Part shown: positions 27,113 to 36,490 of the stretch, piece by piece
How positions within the stretch are numbered: the first letter of the stretch is position 1
Layout of the letters: each line of letters starts with the position of its first letter
NCBI GenBank assembly: GCA_030448025.1
Contig: JAUJNQ010000002.1
Coordinates: 406,971-462,982, forward strand
Length of the DNA: 56,012 bases
Origin: Acidimicrobiales bacterium
Lineage (GTDB): Bacteria > Actinomycetota > Acidimicrobiia > Acidimicrobiales > GCA-2861595
Direction of reading: 5' to 3'
Program-made: the position numbers and the translations under genes
Notes under the pieces: generated by a model
What the model saw: only the letters and a program-made list of their open reading frames with translations
Told to the model about the DNA's origin: nothing
Database searches by the model: none

Positions 27113-27904
27113 TTGACCAGGTCCAGGCCGTCAATGCCAGTCACCGTTGTTCCCAGGGAGAAGCAGCGGAAGCATCACCACTACCTCAAGAGCACCGTCT
27201 TCTGTGGCGGCTGTGGGGAGCGGATGTGTTTGACCAACGCCAAGGGCACGTACCTCTACTTCTTCTGCATCGGTCATCACCAGCGCCGATCCGCCTGCCG
27301 ACAGCGCTACGTGCTGGCCGAGAAGGTGAGTGCGATGGTGGAGGACTACTACCAGCAAGTGCAGGTTGATCCGAAGGACATCGACCGCATACGGAAGGTA
27401 CTGCACGAGGAGTTGGCCGGTCGGCGGCACCAGAATGCCGAGGAGGTGACCAGGCAGCGCCGGCGCCTCAACCGCTTGTCCAAAGAACGCCAGAAGCTGC
27501 TGCAGGCTCACTACTCCGATGCCATTCCCCTGGAGATCTCCTGAAGTCCGAGCAGAAACGGTTGTCACGGGAAGTGGCCGAGGCAGAGCGATTGATTACG
27601 GCCAGTGAGCGGCGGGTGGATGAAGTGGAGACCACGATCAACCTGGCCTTGGACCTCGTGGCTGACTGCTTCGAGATGTACCGTCGGGCACCCGAGGCAG
27701 TACGCCGCCTGCTCAACCAGTTCTTCTTCGAGCGGGTGCTGGTGGATGCCCAGGACGTACGAAAGGGCTACCTCCGGCAAGCGGTGCAGACCCTCTACGG
27801 GTACATCCGAGAGACGCTCGACGTGGTGATGGAGGGCTACCAGAGGCAAGCACCAGCGCCCAGCCTCTGTTTCCCGAGCAGTTCGAAAGAGACCACTTTG
27901 GTGG
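27113..27904 (+). pseudogene. Truncated, frameshifted large serine recombinase (Zn-ribbon and coiled coil only)
   Basis: HHYLKSTVFCGGCG..YLYFFC..C; KLLQAHYSDAIPL-[fs ~27535]-LLKSEQKRL; VRRLLNQFFFERV; no catalytic N-terminal domain; reads into the tRNA 3' end. Confidence 0.85.
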
Positions 27905-27975
27905 GGCTAGCTGGAATCGAACCAGCGACCTCAGCATTATCAGTGCTGCGCTCTAACCGGCTGAGCTATAGCCCC
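27899..27975 (-). tRNA. tRNA-Ile(GAT) with encoded CCA
   Basis: GGGGCTATAGCTCAGCCGGTTAGAGCGCAGCACTGATAATGCTGAGGTCGCTGGTTCGATTCCAGCTAGCCCCACCA. Confidence 0.97.
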
Positions 27976-28006
27976 CGAGCCGGGTGGGGAACGTTACACG
28001 ACCCCC

Positions 28007-28387
28007 CTAAACCACCGTCCGCCGAGGGGCTTGCTCCTTCTCGATGACGGTGACCTCCACGCCGCCCATCAAGTCGGACGTGAGGTTGTAGACCACGGCC
28101 ATGATCACGTTGATCCCGGTTGCGAGCAGCACCAGCACCAGTCCGCCCACGAGGGCTGTGAGGAGGATGACGCCGCCCCTGATCTGGAAGTACTCCAGGA
28201 AGAACAGGTCGGTGACGAAGCGCTCGAGGTTGTCGATCAGCCCTGTGATCGACGCCGCCAACCACAGCAGCGCGCCAGCGACCAGCCAGACCACCAACAT
28301 GCACAGGTAGAAGACGAGCGAGAAGCGAAGGACGGTCCACGGATTGACCCTGCGGACGACCCGACGCACCCGTTGTCCGTCCGCCAC
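28007..28387 (-). CDS. DUF3566 membrane protein
   Basis: RVRRVVRRVNPWTVLRFSL..YNLTSDLMGGVEVT; usual gyrA/tRNA-Ile neighbour in Actinobacteria. Confidence 0.88.
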   Translation of the reverse strand: MADGQRVRRVVRRVNPWTVLRFSLVFYLCMLVVWLVAGALLWLAASITGLIDNLERFVTDLFFLEYFQIRGGVILLTALVGGLVLVLLATGINVIMAVVYNLTSDLMGGVEVTVIEKEQAPRRTVV

Positions 28388-28391
28388 CCGC

Positions 28392-29075
28392 TCACGGTAG
28401 CCGCCGGGTGCAGAGCTCGAAGTGGACCGGATCGGTGCGGGGATAGGGCTGGCACAACCCAACTCGGGGCGCCACCGACAGCAATCGGGGCACGAACGAC
28501 GGGGGGACGTCCACGGCCAGACCGAGCTCGTGGCGGGAGGTGCCCGGTACCGCTACCGGGTACGGGTTGGTGGCACGGTTGGCGTACAGGGCAGCCTGCT
28601 GCGCGCGCGAACGGAAGCCCGACGTCACCGGCACCGGCGTCCCCAGGTCGGCTCGAGCCCGATCCAGTGCGGCCCGCATTGCCGGCGCCAACCCGTGCCC
28701 GGACGTGGCCGGCCCGAGCACGCCGCTGCCCGGCATGCTTGCGAGCCCTGCCACTCCTGCCGCCCTCCGTGCTCTGGCCGTGGCACTGGCCCCGCCCAGC
28801 TCGACCCTGACCCGGACGTCGGTCCCGAGCTCCTCGTAGGAGAGGAGGCGGGCACCGTTCCAGACCGCGGCCGACGCCGCTGCCTCCTTGGTGTCAGCCG
28901 CTCCTGCCAGCGCGGCGGCATCGGCAGCCGTGACCGCCTGGGCCCGGGCCATCGCGGCCCCACCTATTCGACCGAGGGCGAGGCACCCCATGCCCATCAC
29001 CACGATCATCAGCGTCACGAGGGGCAGGATCTGCCCGCCCTCGCCCCTCGCGGGCCTCCAGGACCACAAGCACAC
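28392..29075 (-). CDS. Tad minor-pilin-like N-terminus fused to an M15 (D-Ala-D-Ala carboxypeptidase-type) Zn peptidase
   Basis: GEGGQILPLV..AVTAADAAALAGA (Tad/TadG-like); TSGFRSRAQQ..PGTSRHELGLAVD..DPVHFE (M15 H/D/H). Confidence 0.78.
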   Translation of the reverse strand: MCLWSWRPARGEGGQILPLVTLMIVVMGMGCLALGRIGGAAMARAQAVTAADAAALAGAADTKEAAASAAVWNGARLLSYEELGTDVRVRVELGGASATARARRAAGVAGLASMPGSGVLGPATSGHGLAPAMRAALDRARADLGTPVPVTSGFRSRAQQAALYANRATNPYPVAVPGTSRHELGLAVDVPPSFVPRLLSVAPRVGLCQPYPRTDPVHFELCTRRLP

Positions 29076-29140
29076 GACGCCCCTCCTCCACCGGTAAGAC
29101 GTAGGGGGAAGTGGTCGGGGTGCTGTCCGAGGGCGGTCGC

Positions 29141-31612
29141 TTAGGTCAAGGCCTCGGCTGGGTCGGCGTCGTCCACGGCCAGGATGGGCGCTACCGACGT
29201 GACCGTCTCCGACGGCGCCAGGTTCATCACCCGCACGCCGGTGGCGTCGCGACCTTGGGACGCCACCTCGCGAACGGCCAACCGGATGGTGACACCGCTG
29301 GACGAGATCAGGACGACCTCGTCGTCGAGGCCCACCATGAAAGCCGCTACCACGCCGCCTCGACGGGCCGTGATCTTGATGCCCTTCACCCCCATGGTCC
29401 CCCGCCCCTTGCGGGGGAAGCGATCGAGCTGGGTTCGCTTGCCGTAGCCGGCGTCGGTGACCAGGAGGATGGCGACGTCGTCGCGGGCCACGTCGCACGA
29501 CACCACCTCGTCGCCAGGGCGGAGGCGCATGCCGATCACGCCTTGGGCCGCCCGGCCGGTGGGGCGCACCTCGTCCTCGCCGAACCGGATGGTGAGCCCG
29601 TGGGCGGAGACCATGAAGATGTCTTCGCCGCCGCCCATCTGGATCACACGTACCAGCTCGTCACCCTCCTTGAGGTTGATGGCGATGAACCCGTCCCGGC
29701 GCGACTTGTCGTACTCGGAGAACGTGGTCTTCTTGACCTGGCCGAACTTGGTGGCGAAGAACAGGTAGCGGTCCTCGCCGAAGTCGCGCGTCTCGATGAG
29801 GGCCTGGATGCGCTCGCCGGCGGCCAGGGGCAACAGGTTGGCGATGTGGGTGCCCCGTGCCGTGCGCTCCTTCATGGGCACCTCGTGGGCCTTCAGGCGG
29901 TACACCTTGCCCATGTTGGAGAAGAACAACAGATAGGCGTGGGCCGTGGCATGGACCACGGTGGTGACCAGGTCCTCCTCCTTGAGCCTGGCCCCTCGCA
30001 CGCCCCGGCCTCCCCGGTTCTGGGTGCGGAAGGTGCCGGCCGCCACCGTCTTCACATAGCCCGCCTTGGTCATGGTGACCACCAGAGGCTCGTCGTCGAT
30101 GAGATCCTCCACGCCGATCTCGCCCGGGTCATAGGTGATCTCGGCCCGGCGAGGCTGGGCGAAGCGCTCTCGTACCTCGCCCAGCTCGGTCTTGATGACG
30201 CCACGCAGCTTGGCGGGGTCGGAGAGGATGGCCTCCAGCTCAGCGATGGTCTGGCGCAGTTTGGCCAGCTCCTCGTCCAGCTCAGCACGGCCCAGGCGGG
30301 TGAGGCGCCCCAGAGTCATGTCGAGGATGTGGTTGGCCTGGACCTCGGTGAACTCGAAGGGCGCCACCATGAGCCCGACCCGGGCGGCCGGCCGGTCGGC
30401 CGAACCCCGGATGAGCTCGATGATGAGGTCGATCATGTCCAGGGCCTTGAGCAGGCCCACCACTATGTGGGCCCTGTCCTTGGCCTTGCGCAGCCGCGAC
30501 TCGCTGCGGCGGGTGACCACCTCGACCTGGTGGTCGACGTAGGCCGAGAGGGCCTGGGCCAGGTTGAGGGTGCGGGGCACACCATCGACCAGGGCCACCA
30601 GGTTGACGCCGAAGCTGCCCTGCAACGGCGTGTGCTTGTAGAGGTTGTTGAGCACCACGCTGGCGTTGGCGTCACGCTTGGGCCTGATGACCAGGCGGGT
30701 CTTGCCCTTGGCCGAGTCGTCGTTGACGTCGGCGATGCCCTCGAGCTCGCGCGTCTTGACCAGGTCGTCGATCTTGGTGGCGATGGCGCCCACCGACGTC
30801 TGGTAGGGGATCTCGGTGACCACGATGACGGTGCCCTTCTTGGTCTCGTCGATCTCGGCCCGAGCCCGCATGCGCACCGAGCCGCGGCCGCTGCGATACG
30901 CCTCCTGGATGCCGCTGCGTCCGAGGATGAGGCCGCCGGTGGGGAAGTCGGGGCCCTTGACGAAGGCCATCAGCTCGTCGGGCGTGGCGTCGGGGTTGTC
31001 GATCAGGTGCACCGTGGCGTCGATGATCTCGCCCAGGTTGTGGGGCGGGACGTTGGTGGCCATTCCAACGGCGATGCCCTGGCTGCCGTTGACGAGGAGA
31101 TTGGGGAATCGGGCCGGCAGCACCACCGGTTCGGTGAACTCACCGGAGTAGTTGTCGGCGAAGTCGACCGTGTCCTCGTCGATGCCGGCCAGCATCTGGA
31201 GGGCAAGCAGGTTGAGCCGGCACTCGGTGTAGCGCATGGCCGCGGGCGGGTCGTCGGGCGAGCCGAAGTTTCCGTGGCCGTCGACGAGTGGGTGGCGGAG
31301 GCTGAAGCTTTGAGCCATGCGCGCCAGCGCGTCGTAGACGGCCTCCGGGCTGTGTGGGTGGTACTTGCCGGTGACGTCGCCCACCACTCGAGCGCACTTC
31401 ATGTTGGGCCGGTCGGGGCGCAGGCCCAGGTCGTGCATGGCGTAGAGGATGCGGCGGTGCACCGGCTTCAGCCCGTCCCGGGCGTCGGGAAGGGCGCGGG
31501 ACACGATGACCGACATGGCGTAGTCCAGAAAGGAGCGCTCCATCTCCTCCTGGATCTCGATCAGCTCGATGGACCCGTAGCCGGCGCCTCCGGTGGTCGC
31601 TGCGTCGCTCAT
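29141..31612 (-). CDS. gyrA: DNA gyrase subunit A
   Basis: [23 protein letters not shown] catalytic Tyr, GyrA-box QNRGGRG, C-terminal pinwheel repeats. Confidence 0.98.
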   Translation of the reverse strand: MSDAATTGGAGYGSIELIEIQEEMERSFLDYAMSVIVSRALPDARDGLKPVHRRILYAMHDLGLRPDRPNMKCARVVGDVTGKYHPHSPEAVYDALARMAQSFSLRHPLVDGHGNFGSPDDPPAAMRYTECRLNLLALQMLAGIDEDTVDFADNYSGEFTEPVVLPARFPNLLVNGSQGIAVGMATNVPPHNLGEIIDATVHLIDNPDATPDELMAFVKGPDFPTGGLILGRSGIQEAYRSGRGSVRMRARAEIDETKKGTVIVVTEIPYQTSVGAIATKIDDLVKTRELEGIADVNDDSAKGKTRLVIRPKRDANASVVLNNLYKHTPLQGSFGVNLVALVDGVPRTLNLAQALSAYVDHQVEVVTRRSESRLRKAKDRAHIVVGLLKALDMIDLIIELIRGSADRPAARVGLMVAPFEFTEVQANHILDMTLGRLTRLGRAELDEELAKLRQTIAELEAILSDPAKLRGVIKTELGEVRERFAQPRRAEITYDPGEIGVEDLIDDEPLVVTMTKAGYVKTVAAGTFRTQNRGGRGVRGARLKEEDLVTTVVHATAHAYLLFFSNMGKVYRLKAHEVPMKERTARGTHIANLLPLAAGERIQALIETRDFGEDRYLFFATKFGQVKKTTFSEYDKSRRDGFIAINLKEGDELVRVIQMGGGEDIFMVSAHGLTIRFGEDEVRPTGRAAQGVIGMRLRPGDEVVSCDVARDDVAILLVTDAGYGKRTQLDRFPRKGRGTMGVKGIKITARRGGVVAAFMVGLDDEVVLISSSGVTIRLAVREVASQGRDATGVRVMNLAPSETVTSVAPILAVDDADPAEALT

Positions 31613-31614
31613 CC

Positions 31615-33591
31615 CTAGATGTCGAGGAAGCGCACGTCTGCGGCGTTGGTGGTGATGAAGTGTTTGCGCAGTTCCACGTTCTCGCCCATCAGGATGGAGA
31701 ACACCTCGTCAGCGATGGTGGCCTGCTCTCCGGAGACCTGGAGGAGGGTGCGCTTGGTGCGGTCCATGGTGGTCTCGCCCAGCTCGTCGAAGTCCATCTC
31801 GCCCAGGCCCTTGAAGCGGGTGAAGTCCGCCTTGTGGTTGGGGTGCTCGGCCACGAAGCGGGACTTGGCTGCGTCGTCCTTGATGTACTCGCGCTCCTTG
31901 CCCACGAGGGTGGAGTACAGCGGGGGCTGGCACACGAACACGTGGCCCTGCTCCACCAGATCGGTCATCTGCCGGTAGAAGAAGGTCAGCAGCAGGGTGC
32001 GGATGTGGCTCCCGTCCACGTCGGCGTCGGTGAGCAGGCACACCTTGTGGTAGCGGATCTTGGAGACGTCGAACTCCTCGCCCACGCCCGCCCCGATGGC
32101 GGCGATGAGGGCCTGGACCTCGGCGTTCTTCAGCATCCGGTCGATGCGGGCGCGCTCGACGTTCAAGATCTTGCCCCGGATGGGCAGGATGGCCTGGAAG
32201 GCGGGATCGCGGGCCTGGACCGCGGAGCCTCCGGCGGAGTCGCCCTCCACGATGAACAGCTCCGCCTCCCGGGCATTGCGGGTCTGGCAGTCCCGCAGCT
32301 TTCCGGGCATGCCTGCGCCCTCGAGGGCGGACTTGCGCCGGATGAGATCTCTGGCCTGGCGGGCCGCGCTTCGCGCCCGCGACGCCTGTAGAGCCTTTTG
32401 CACCACCTGGCGAGCCTCGCTCGGGTGCTCTTCGAGCCACGTCGCGAGCTTGTCGTTGGTGGCCCGCTCCACCAGCGACCGGGTGGACACGTTGCCCAGC
32501 TTGGCCTTGGTCTGGCCCTCGAACTGCGGGTCGCGCAAGCGGACGGTGATGATGGCGGTGAGGCCCTCGCGGATGTCCTCGCCCGAGAGGTTGTCGTCCT
32601 TCTCCTTGAGCAGGCCCTTGGCCCGGGCGTAGCGGTTGACCACGTTGGTGAGGGCCTTCTTGAAGCCCTCCTCGTGCATGCCTCCCTCGGCGGTGGCGAT
32701 GCCGTTGGCGAAGCTGTGGAGGCCCTCGTTGAAGCCGGTGTTCCACTGGAGGGCAACCTCGACCTCCTGGTCGTCCTCCGACTGCTCGAAGGCGGCCACC
32801 TTCTTGAACAGCGCCTCCTTGGAGGCGTTCAGGTGCCTGACGAAGTCAACGATGCCGCCGTTGTAGCGGTAGGCCACCTCCTGCTCGTGGCCGGGCCGCT
32901 CGTCGCTGAAGCGGATCTCGAGGCCCTTGTTCAGGAACGCCATCATCTGGAGGCGCTCGAGCACCGTCTGGGCCCGGAACTCCACGTCGTCGAAGACGGT
33001 GGCGTCGGGCCAAAAGGTGATGGTGGTGCCGGTGCGGCTGCGGGGAGCCTTGCCCACCACCTCCACCTTCCCCTGCGGCTTGCCCCCCTTGGCGAACTCC
33101 ATGCGGTAGCGGTTGGCGTCCCGGTCGACCTCGACCACCAGGCGGCTGGAAAGGGCGTTGACCACGGAGACCCCCACGCCGTGCAGGCCACCGGAAACCT
33201 TGTAGCCACTTCCGCCGAACTTGCCTCCGGCATGCAGCACCGTGAGGACGACCTCGATGGTGGACTTGTTGCGGTGCTGGCGGTGCGGGTGGTTCTCGGG
33301 CGGGATGCCCCGGCCGTTGTCGCTCACTCGGCAACCGCCGGCGGCCAGGAGGTCGACGTCGATCCGGGTGCAGTACCCGGCCATGGCCTCGTCGACCGAG
33401 TTGTCCACTACCTCCCAGATCAGGTGGTGCAGCCCTGCTGCACCGGTGGAGCCCACGTACATGCCGGGACGCTTGCGGACGGCCTCGAGGCCTTCGAGGA
33501 TCGTGATGTCACTGGCGCCGTAGGACCCTTCGCCGGATTGGGATCTTGGGCCGGGTTGGGATCTTGGATCAGACATGGTTCCCTGCGCCAC
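31615..33591 (-). CDS. gyrB: DNA gyrase subunit B
   Basis: [50 protein letters not shown]. Confidence 0.98.
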   Translation of the reverse strand: MAQGTMSDPRSQPGPRSQSGEGSYGASDITILEGLEAVRKRPGMYVGSTGAAGLHHLIWEVVDNSVDEAMAGYCTRIDVDLLAAGGCRVSDNGRGIPPENHPHRQHRNKSTIEVVLTVLHAGGKFGGSGYKVSGGLHGVGVSVVNALSSRLVVEVDRDANRYRMEFAKGGKPQGKVEVVGKAPRSRTGTTITFWPDATVFDDVEFRAQTVLERLQMMAFLNKGLEIRFSDERPGHEQEVAYRYNGGIVDFVRHLNASKEALFKKVAAFEQSEDDQEVEVALQWNTGFNEGLHSFANGIATAEGGMHEEGFKKALTNVVNRYARAKGLLKEKDDNLSGEDIREGLTAIITVRLRDPQFEGQTKAKLGNVSTRSLVERATNDKLATWLEEHPSEARQVVQKALQASRARSAARQARDLIRRKSALEGAGMPGKLRDCQTRNAREAELFIVEGDSAGGSAVQARDPAFQAILPIRGKILNVERARIDRMLKNAEVQALIAAIGAGVGEEFDVSKIRYHKVCLLTDADVDGSHIRTLLLTFFYRQMTDLVEQGHVFVCQPPLYSTLVGKEREYIKDDAAKSRFVAEHPNHKADFTRFKGLGEMDFDELGETTMDRTKRTLLQVSGEQATIADEVFSILMGENVELRKHFITTNAADVRFLDI

Positions 33592-33664
33592 GGGCGCGAC
33601 CTCTCAGCACTGACGAGCTCTCAGCACTGGCGAATCGAGGGCATCTGCAGCGCCGCCGGGACGG

Positions 33665-34039
33665 TCAAGGCGCCGAGTTGCGATGGGCGAAGTTTACCAC
33701 CGAGGAGCCCCTTCCCCGGGTACTTCGCGATCGGACACGCACCTCCATCCGGGTCGGCGAGCCGCGCCCCACACTGCCCGCGATGCTGGCCAAGATGTCC
33801 TGCGCCCGGTAGCGGAGCTCGCTGCCCCACGCCGGATCGTCCACGGTCACCACCAGCACGCCGCCGCGCAGCGAAGAGGGGCGCGCGTTGGCGGCGGCGG
33901 TGGGGCCGACCAGGTCGGGCCACTGTGAGAACACCGCCTCCAGCACGGCCGCCGAGGGCATGCCCAGCGCTCGGGTGACGTGGTCCAGGGATGCCGCCAC
34001 CGGTCGAGGGCCGGCGTCGGGGAGCTCGGGATCGGTCAC
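33665..34039 (-). CDS. dciA: DUF721/DciA helicase-loader family protein
   Basis: W..LVG..AA.ARP..L.GGVLVV.V.DPAW..EL; located between recF and gyrB. Confidence 0.85.
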   Translation of the reverse strand: MTDPELPDAGPRPVAASLDHVTRALGMPSAAVLEAVFSQWPDLVGPTAAANARPSSLRGGVLVVTVDDPAWGSELRYRAQDILASIAGSVGRGSPTRMEVRVRSRSTRGRGSSVVNFAHRNSAP

Positions 34040-35178
34040 GACGCCCTCCCCGCTTCGACGCGCCCCGCTCGAACGGACACCGTGCGGGCGGGTGAAAAGC
34101 CGGCCGGTGCGGAGCCAGCCGTGGTGAGCAGGGCTTGCCCGAGGGGCAGGGAGGCCAGGAGCGCCGAGCTCCGTGCTGCGTCGAGCTCGGAGAACACGTC
34201 GTCGAGGAGCAGGACCGGCGATGAGCCGGTGCTCTCCGTGATCAGGACGTGGGCCCCGAGGCGAAGGGCGAGGGCCAACGAACGCTGCTCGCCTTGGGAG
34301 GCGTGGGTGCGGGCCGGCAAAGGCACAGGCACCTCCCGGCCCCCGCCGGTGATGGCCAGCGACAGCTCGTCGCGGTGCGGTCCGGCGGTAGTGACCGCCC
34401 GTCGAAGATCCTCGTCACGAGCCGTGGCCAGAGCGTCCGACAGCGGCCCCCGCCACGAGCGTTGGTAGGCCAGGGTGACGTCGCCCTTACCCGTCGCCAG
34501 CTGCCCATAGGCTTTGGTGACCTGTGGTTCCAGGGCCATCACCAGATCTTCTCGGGCGTCGGCCAACATCTCCCCCGCGTCGCTGAGCTTGGCGTCCCAG
34601 ACATCGAGGGTGGAGGCGACGTCGGGGCTCAGTTGGTCGCTGCCTCTCTTGCGCTCTGCCAGTCTTGCTTGGGCCTGCTTCAACAGGGCGTTGCGCTGCC
34701 GGAGTATGCGCTCCACGTCCGCTCGCAGCGCCTCGTTGGCCGGACGCAGAGCCACGAGCACCTCGTCCAGGTACTGACGCCGCTCGCCGGGCCCGCCCTT
34801 CACCATGGAGAGGTCGTCGGGGCTGAAGACGCTGACCCGTAACGCTCCCAGCAGATCTCGGGCCCGGCGGACTGGTTGGCGGTTCACCATCATGCGATGG
34901 CGGCCCCCGGCGTGGATCTCCACCTCCAGCAGCACGCTACGACCCTCTCGCTCGACCTCGGCCCGGACCACAGCTCGCTCGACGCCGTGACGGACCAAGG
35001 CATCGACGGGGGCGCCCCGGAACGAGGACAGGGTGGCGAGGTAGGCGACGGCCTCGAGGAGGTTGGTCTTGCCGTCACCGTTGGCGCCCTCGATGACGGT
35101 CAGCCCTTCAGGGGCTGGCTCCAACTCCGCAGACTCGTAGTTCCGATAGTTCCCGACCCAGAGCCTGATCAGCCTCAC
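34036..35178 (-). CDS. recF: DNA replication/repair protein RecF
   Basis: GANGDGKTNLLEA, GPHRDEL, SQGEQR, LLLDDVFSELD. Confidence 0.97.
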   Translation of the reverse strand: MRLIRLWVGNYRNYESAELEPAPEGLTVIEGANGDGKTNLLEAVAYLATLSSFRGAPVDALVRHGVERAVVRAEVEREGRSVLLEVEIHAGGRHRMMVNRQPVRRARDLLGALRVSVFSPDDLSMVKGGPGERRQYLDEVLVALRPANEALRADVERILRQRNALLKQAQARLAERKRGSDQLSPDVASTLDVWDAKLSDAGEMLADAREDLVMALEPQVTKAYGQLATGKGDVTLAYQRSWRGPLSDALATARDEDLRRAVTTAGPHRDELSLAITGGGREVPVPLPARTHASQGEQRSLALALRLGAHVLITESTGSSPVLLLDDVFSELDAARSSALLASLPLGQALLTTAGSAPAGFSPARTVSVRAGRVEAGRAS

Positions 35179-36293
35179 GAGACCCGCACGGGCATCAGGA
35201 GGTACAAGAACTCCTCCGAGCCGGTGCCGCGGATGATGGCCGGGCGCAGGGCGTCGATCGTCTCCAAGGAAACTTCGTCCCCGTCGGTGGCCTCGATCCC
35301 GTCCACCAGGTACCCGGGATTGAAGGCCACCGTCATCTCGGTGCCCTCGTATTTGGAATCCACTTCCTCGGACGCCTGGCCCAGGTCACTGGTGACCACC
35401 GACAGCTCGATGGTGTCCGGTCGCAGAGCGAGGCGAACCGGCGTAGTGGCGTCGCGGGCCAGTAGTCGCACCCGGCGCAGCGCTCCTTGGATCTCCTCCT
35501 TGTCCACGACCAGGCGGTTCGGATACGAGGAAGGGATCAATTGTCGGTAGTTCGGGAAATCACCCTCGATCAGGCGGGTCGTGAGCCGGACCCCGGCCAG
35601 GTCGAAGGTTGCGTCGTGGTCACCGAATGCCAGCTCGACCTCTGAAACTGACGGCAGCAACCGCTGCAGCTCGGCCAGGGCCTTGGAGGGAACGAGAACT
35701 TGTTGCCCTTCGCCCAGCACGTTGCGCCCCGGCAGATCACGGATGGCGAGGCGGTACGAGTCCGTGGCCACCAGGCGCAGACCCCCTTCCTCGGCGGTCA
35801 TCAAAACGCCGGTGAGGATGGGTCGAGCATCGTCGGAGGAAGCGGCCCGCACCACCTGGCGAAGAGCTTGCCCGACGTCTCCCACGTCCAGGTTCACCAC
35901 ACCCTCGGTGACTCCCCCGTCCCCCCTGGTGAGAGCTGGGACTCGAGGAAAATCGTCGGCGGGTAGGGCCCGCAACGAGGAACGGTACCTGCCCGAGGAC
36001 AGGTGGGCCTCGTCCTCGTCGCTCTCGATGCTCACGGCCCCGGCTTCAAGGGCTCGAGTGATCTCGGTCACCGTGCGCGCCGGCAGGACACAAACGCCGT
36101 CCTGGCTTCCCTTGACTTGAGTCTCGACCCGGATGGTGAGGTCGAGGTCCGAGCCCGCCACGTACAACCGGTCGCCTCCCACCTCGAGCCGCACGCCGGA
36201 CAGCACAGGCAAGCTGCCGCCCCTCCCGGTGGCGGCCCGACTGGCTACGGCAAGAGCTTCGAGCAGGACATCTCGTTCACAACTGAACTTCAT
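35175..36293 (-). CDS. dnaN: DNA polymerase III beta clamp
   Basis: RPILTGV, VATDSYRLA, RLIEGDFPNYRQLIP, AFNPGYL, LLMPVR. Confidence 0.98.
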   Translation of the reverse strand: MKFSCERDVLLEALAVASRAATGRGGSLPVLSGVRLEVGGDRLYVAGSDLDLTIRVETQVKGSQDGVCVLPARTVTEITRALEAGAVSIESDEDEAHLSSGRYRSSLRALPADDFPRVPALTRGDGGVTEGVVNLDVGDVGQALRQVVRAASSDDARPILTGVLMTAEEGGLRLVATDSYRLAIRDLPGRNVLGEGQQVLVPSKALAELQRLLPSVSEVELAFGDHDATFDLAGVRLTTRLIEGDFPNYRQLIPSSYPNRLVVDKEEIQGALRRVRLLARDATTPVRLALRPDTIELSVVTSDLGQASEEVDSKYEGTEMTVAFNPGYLVDGIEATDGDEVSLETIDALRPAIIRGTGSEEFLYLLMPVRVS

Positions 36294-36490
36294 GGTTTGT
36301 TTTCTTCTTTTTCAAGAGAGGGTTTGTAAAAGGGGTAGTAAGGGCTGTGGATTGTGCACAACCTGCCATGTGTCCAGGTCAGAGCGGACATTCGTTTCCA
36401 ACCGGCCATCCCCAGAATCCCACAGGGGTGTGACGGTTCGAGGGATCTCCCCAACCGTCATCCCCAGAACCCACAGGGTGATCCACAGGA
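36294..36490. other. oriC: Chromosomal origin oriC (dnaA-dnaN intergenic region)
   Basis: T-rich DUE-like stretch 36296-36330; degenerate DnaA boxes TGTGGATTG 36346, TTGTGCACA 36352, CCATCCCCA 36406, TCATCCCCA 36458, TGATCCACA 36479. Confidence 0.85.

Larger units (their letters stand above)
20216..27904. mobile_element. ~7.7 kb genomic island inserted by a large serine recombinase at the tRNA-Ile 3' end
   Basis: Shared GTGG core at 20216 and 27901. The rejoined ends give an attP flanked by GCAGTTCGA/TCGAACAGC inverted arms and restore an in-frame recombinase C-terminus. Interior is visibly more AT-rich. Confidence 0.75.

Noticed and set aside
27905-28047. Recombinase ORF extension through tRNA-Ile as a real coding region
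   Set aside because: Antisense read-through of the tRNA created by integration; the gene is already broken upstream.
29111-33978. Very long + strand ORFs (835 aa, 526 aa) and similar ones opposite murJ, trxB, cca and the grd genes
   Set aside because: Antisense shadows of high-GC3 genes; no motifs, and fully overlapped by well-supported genes.
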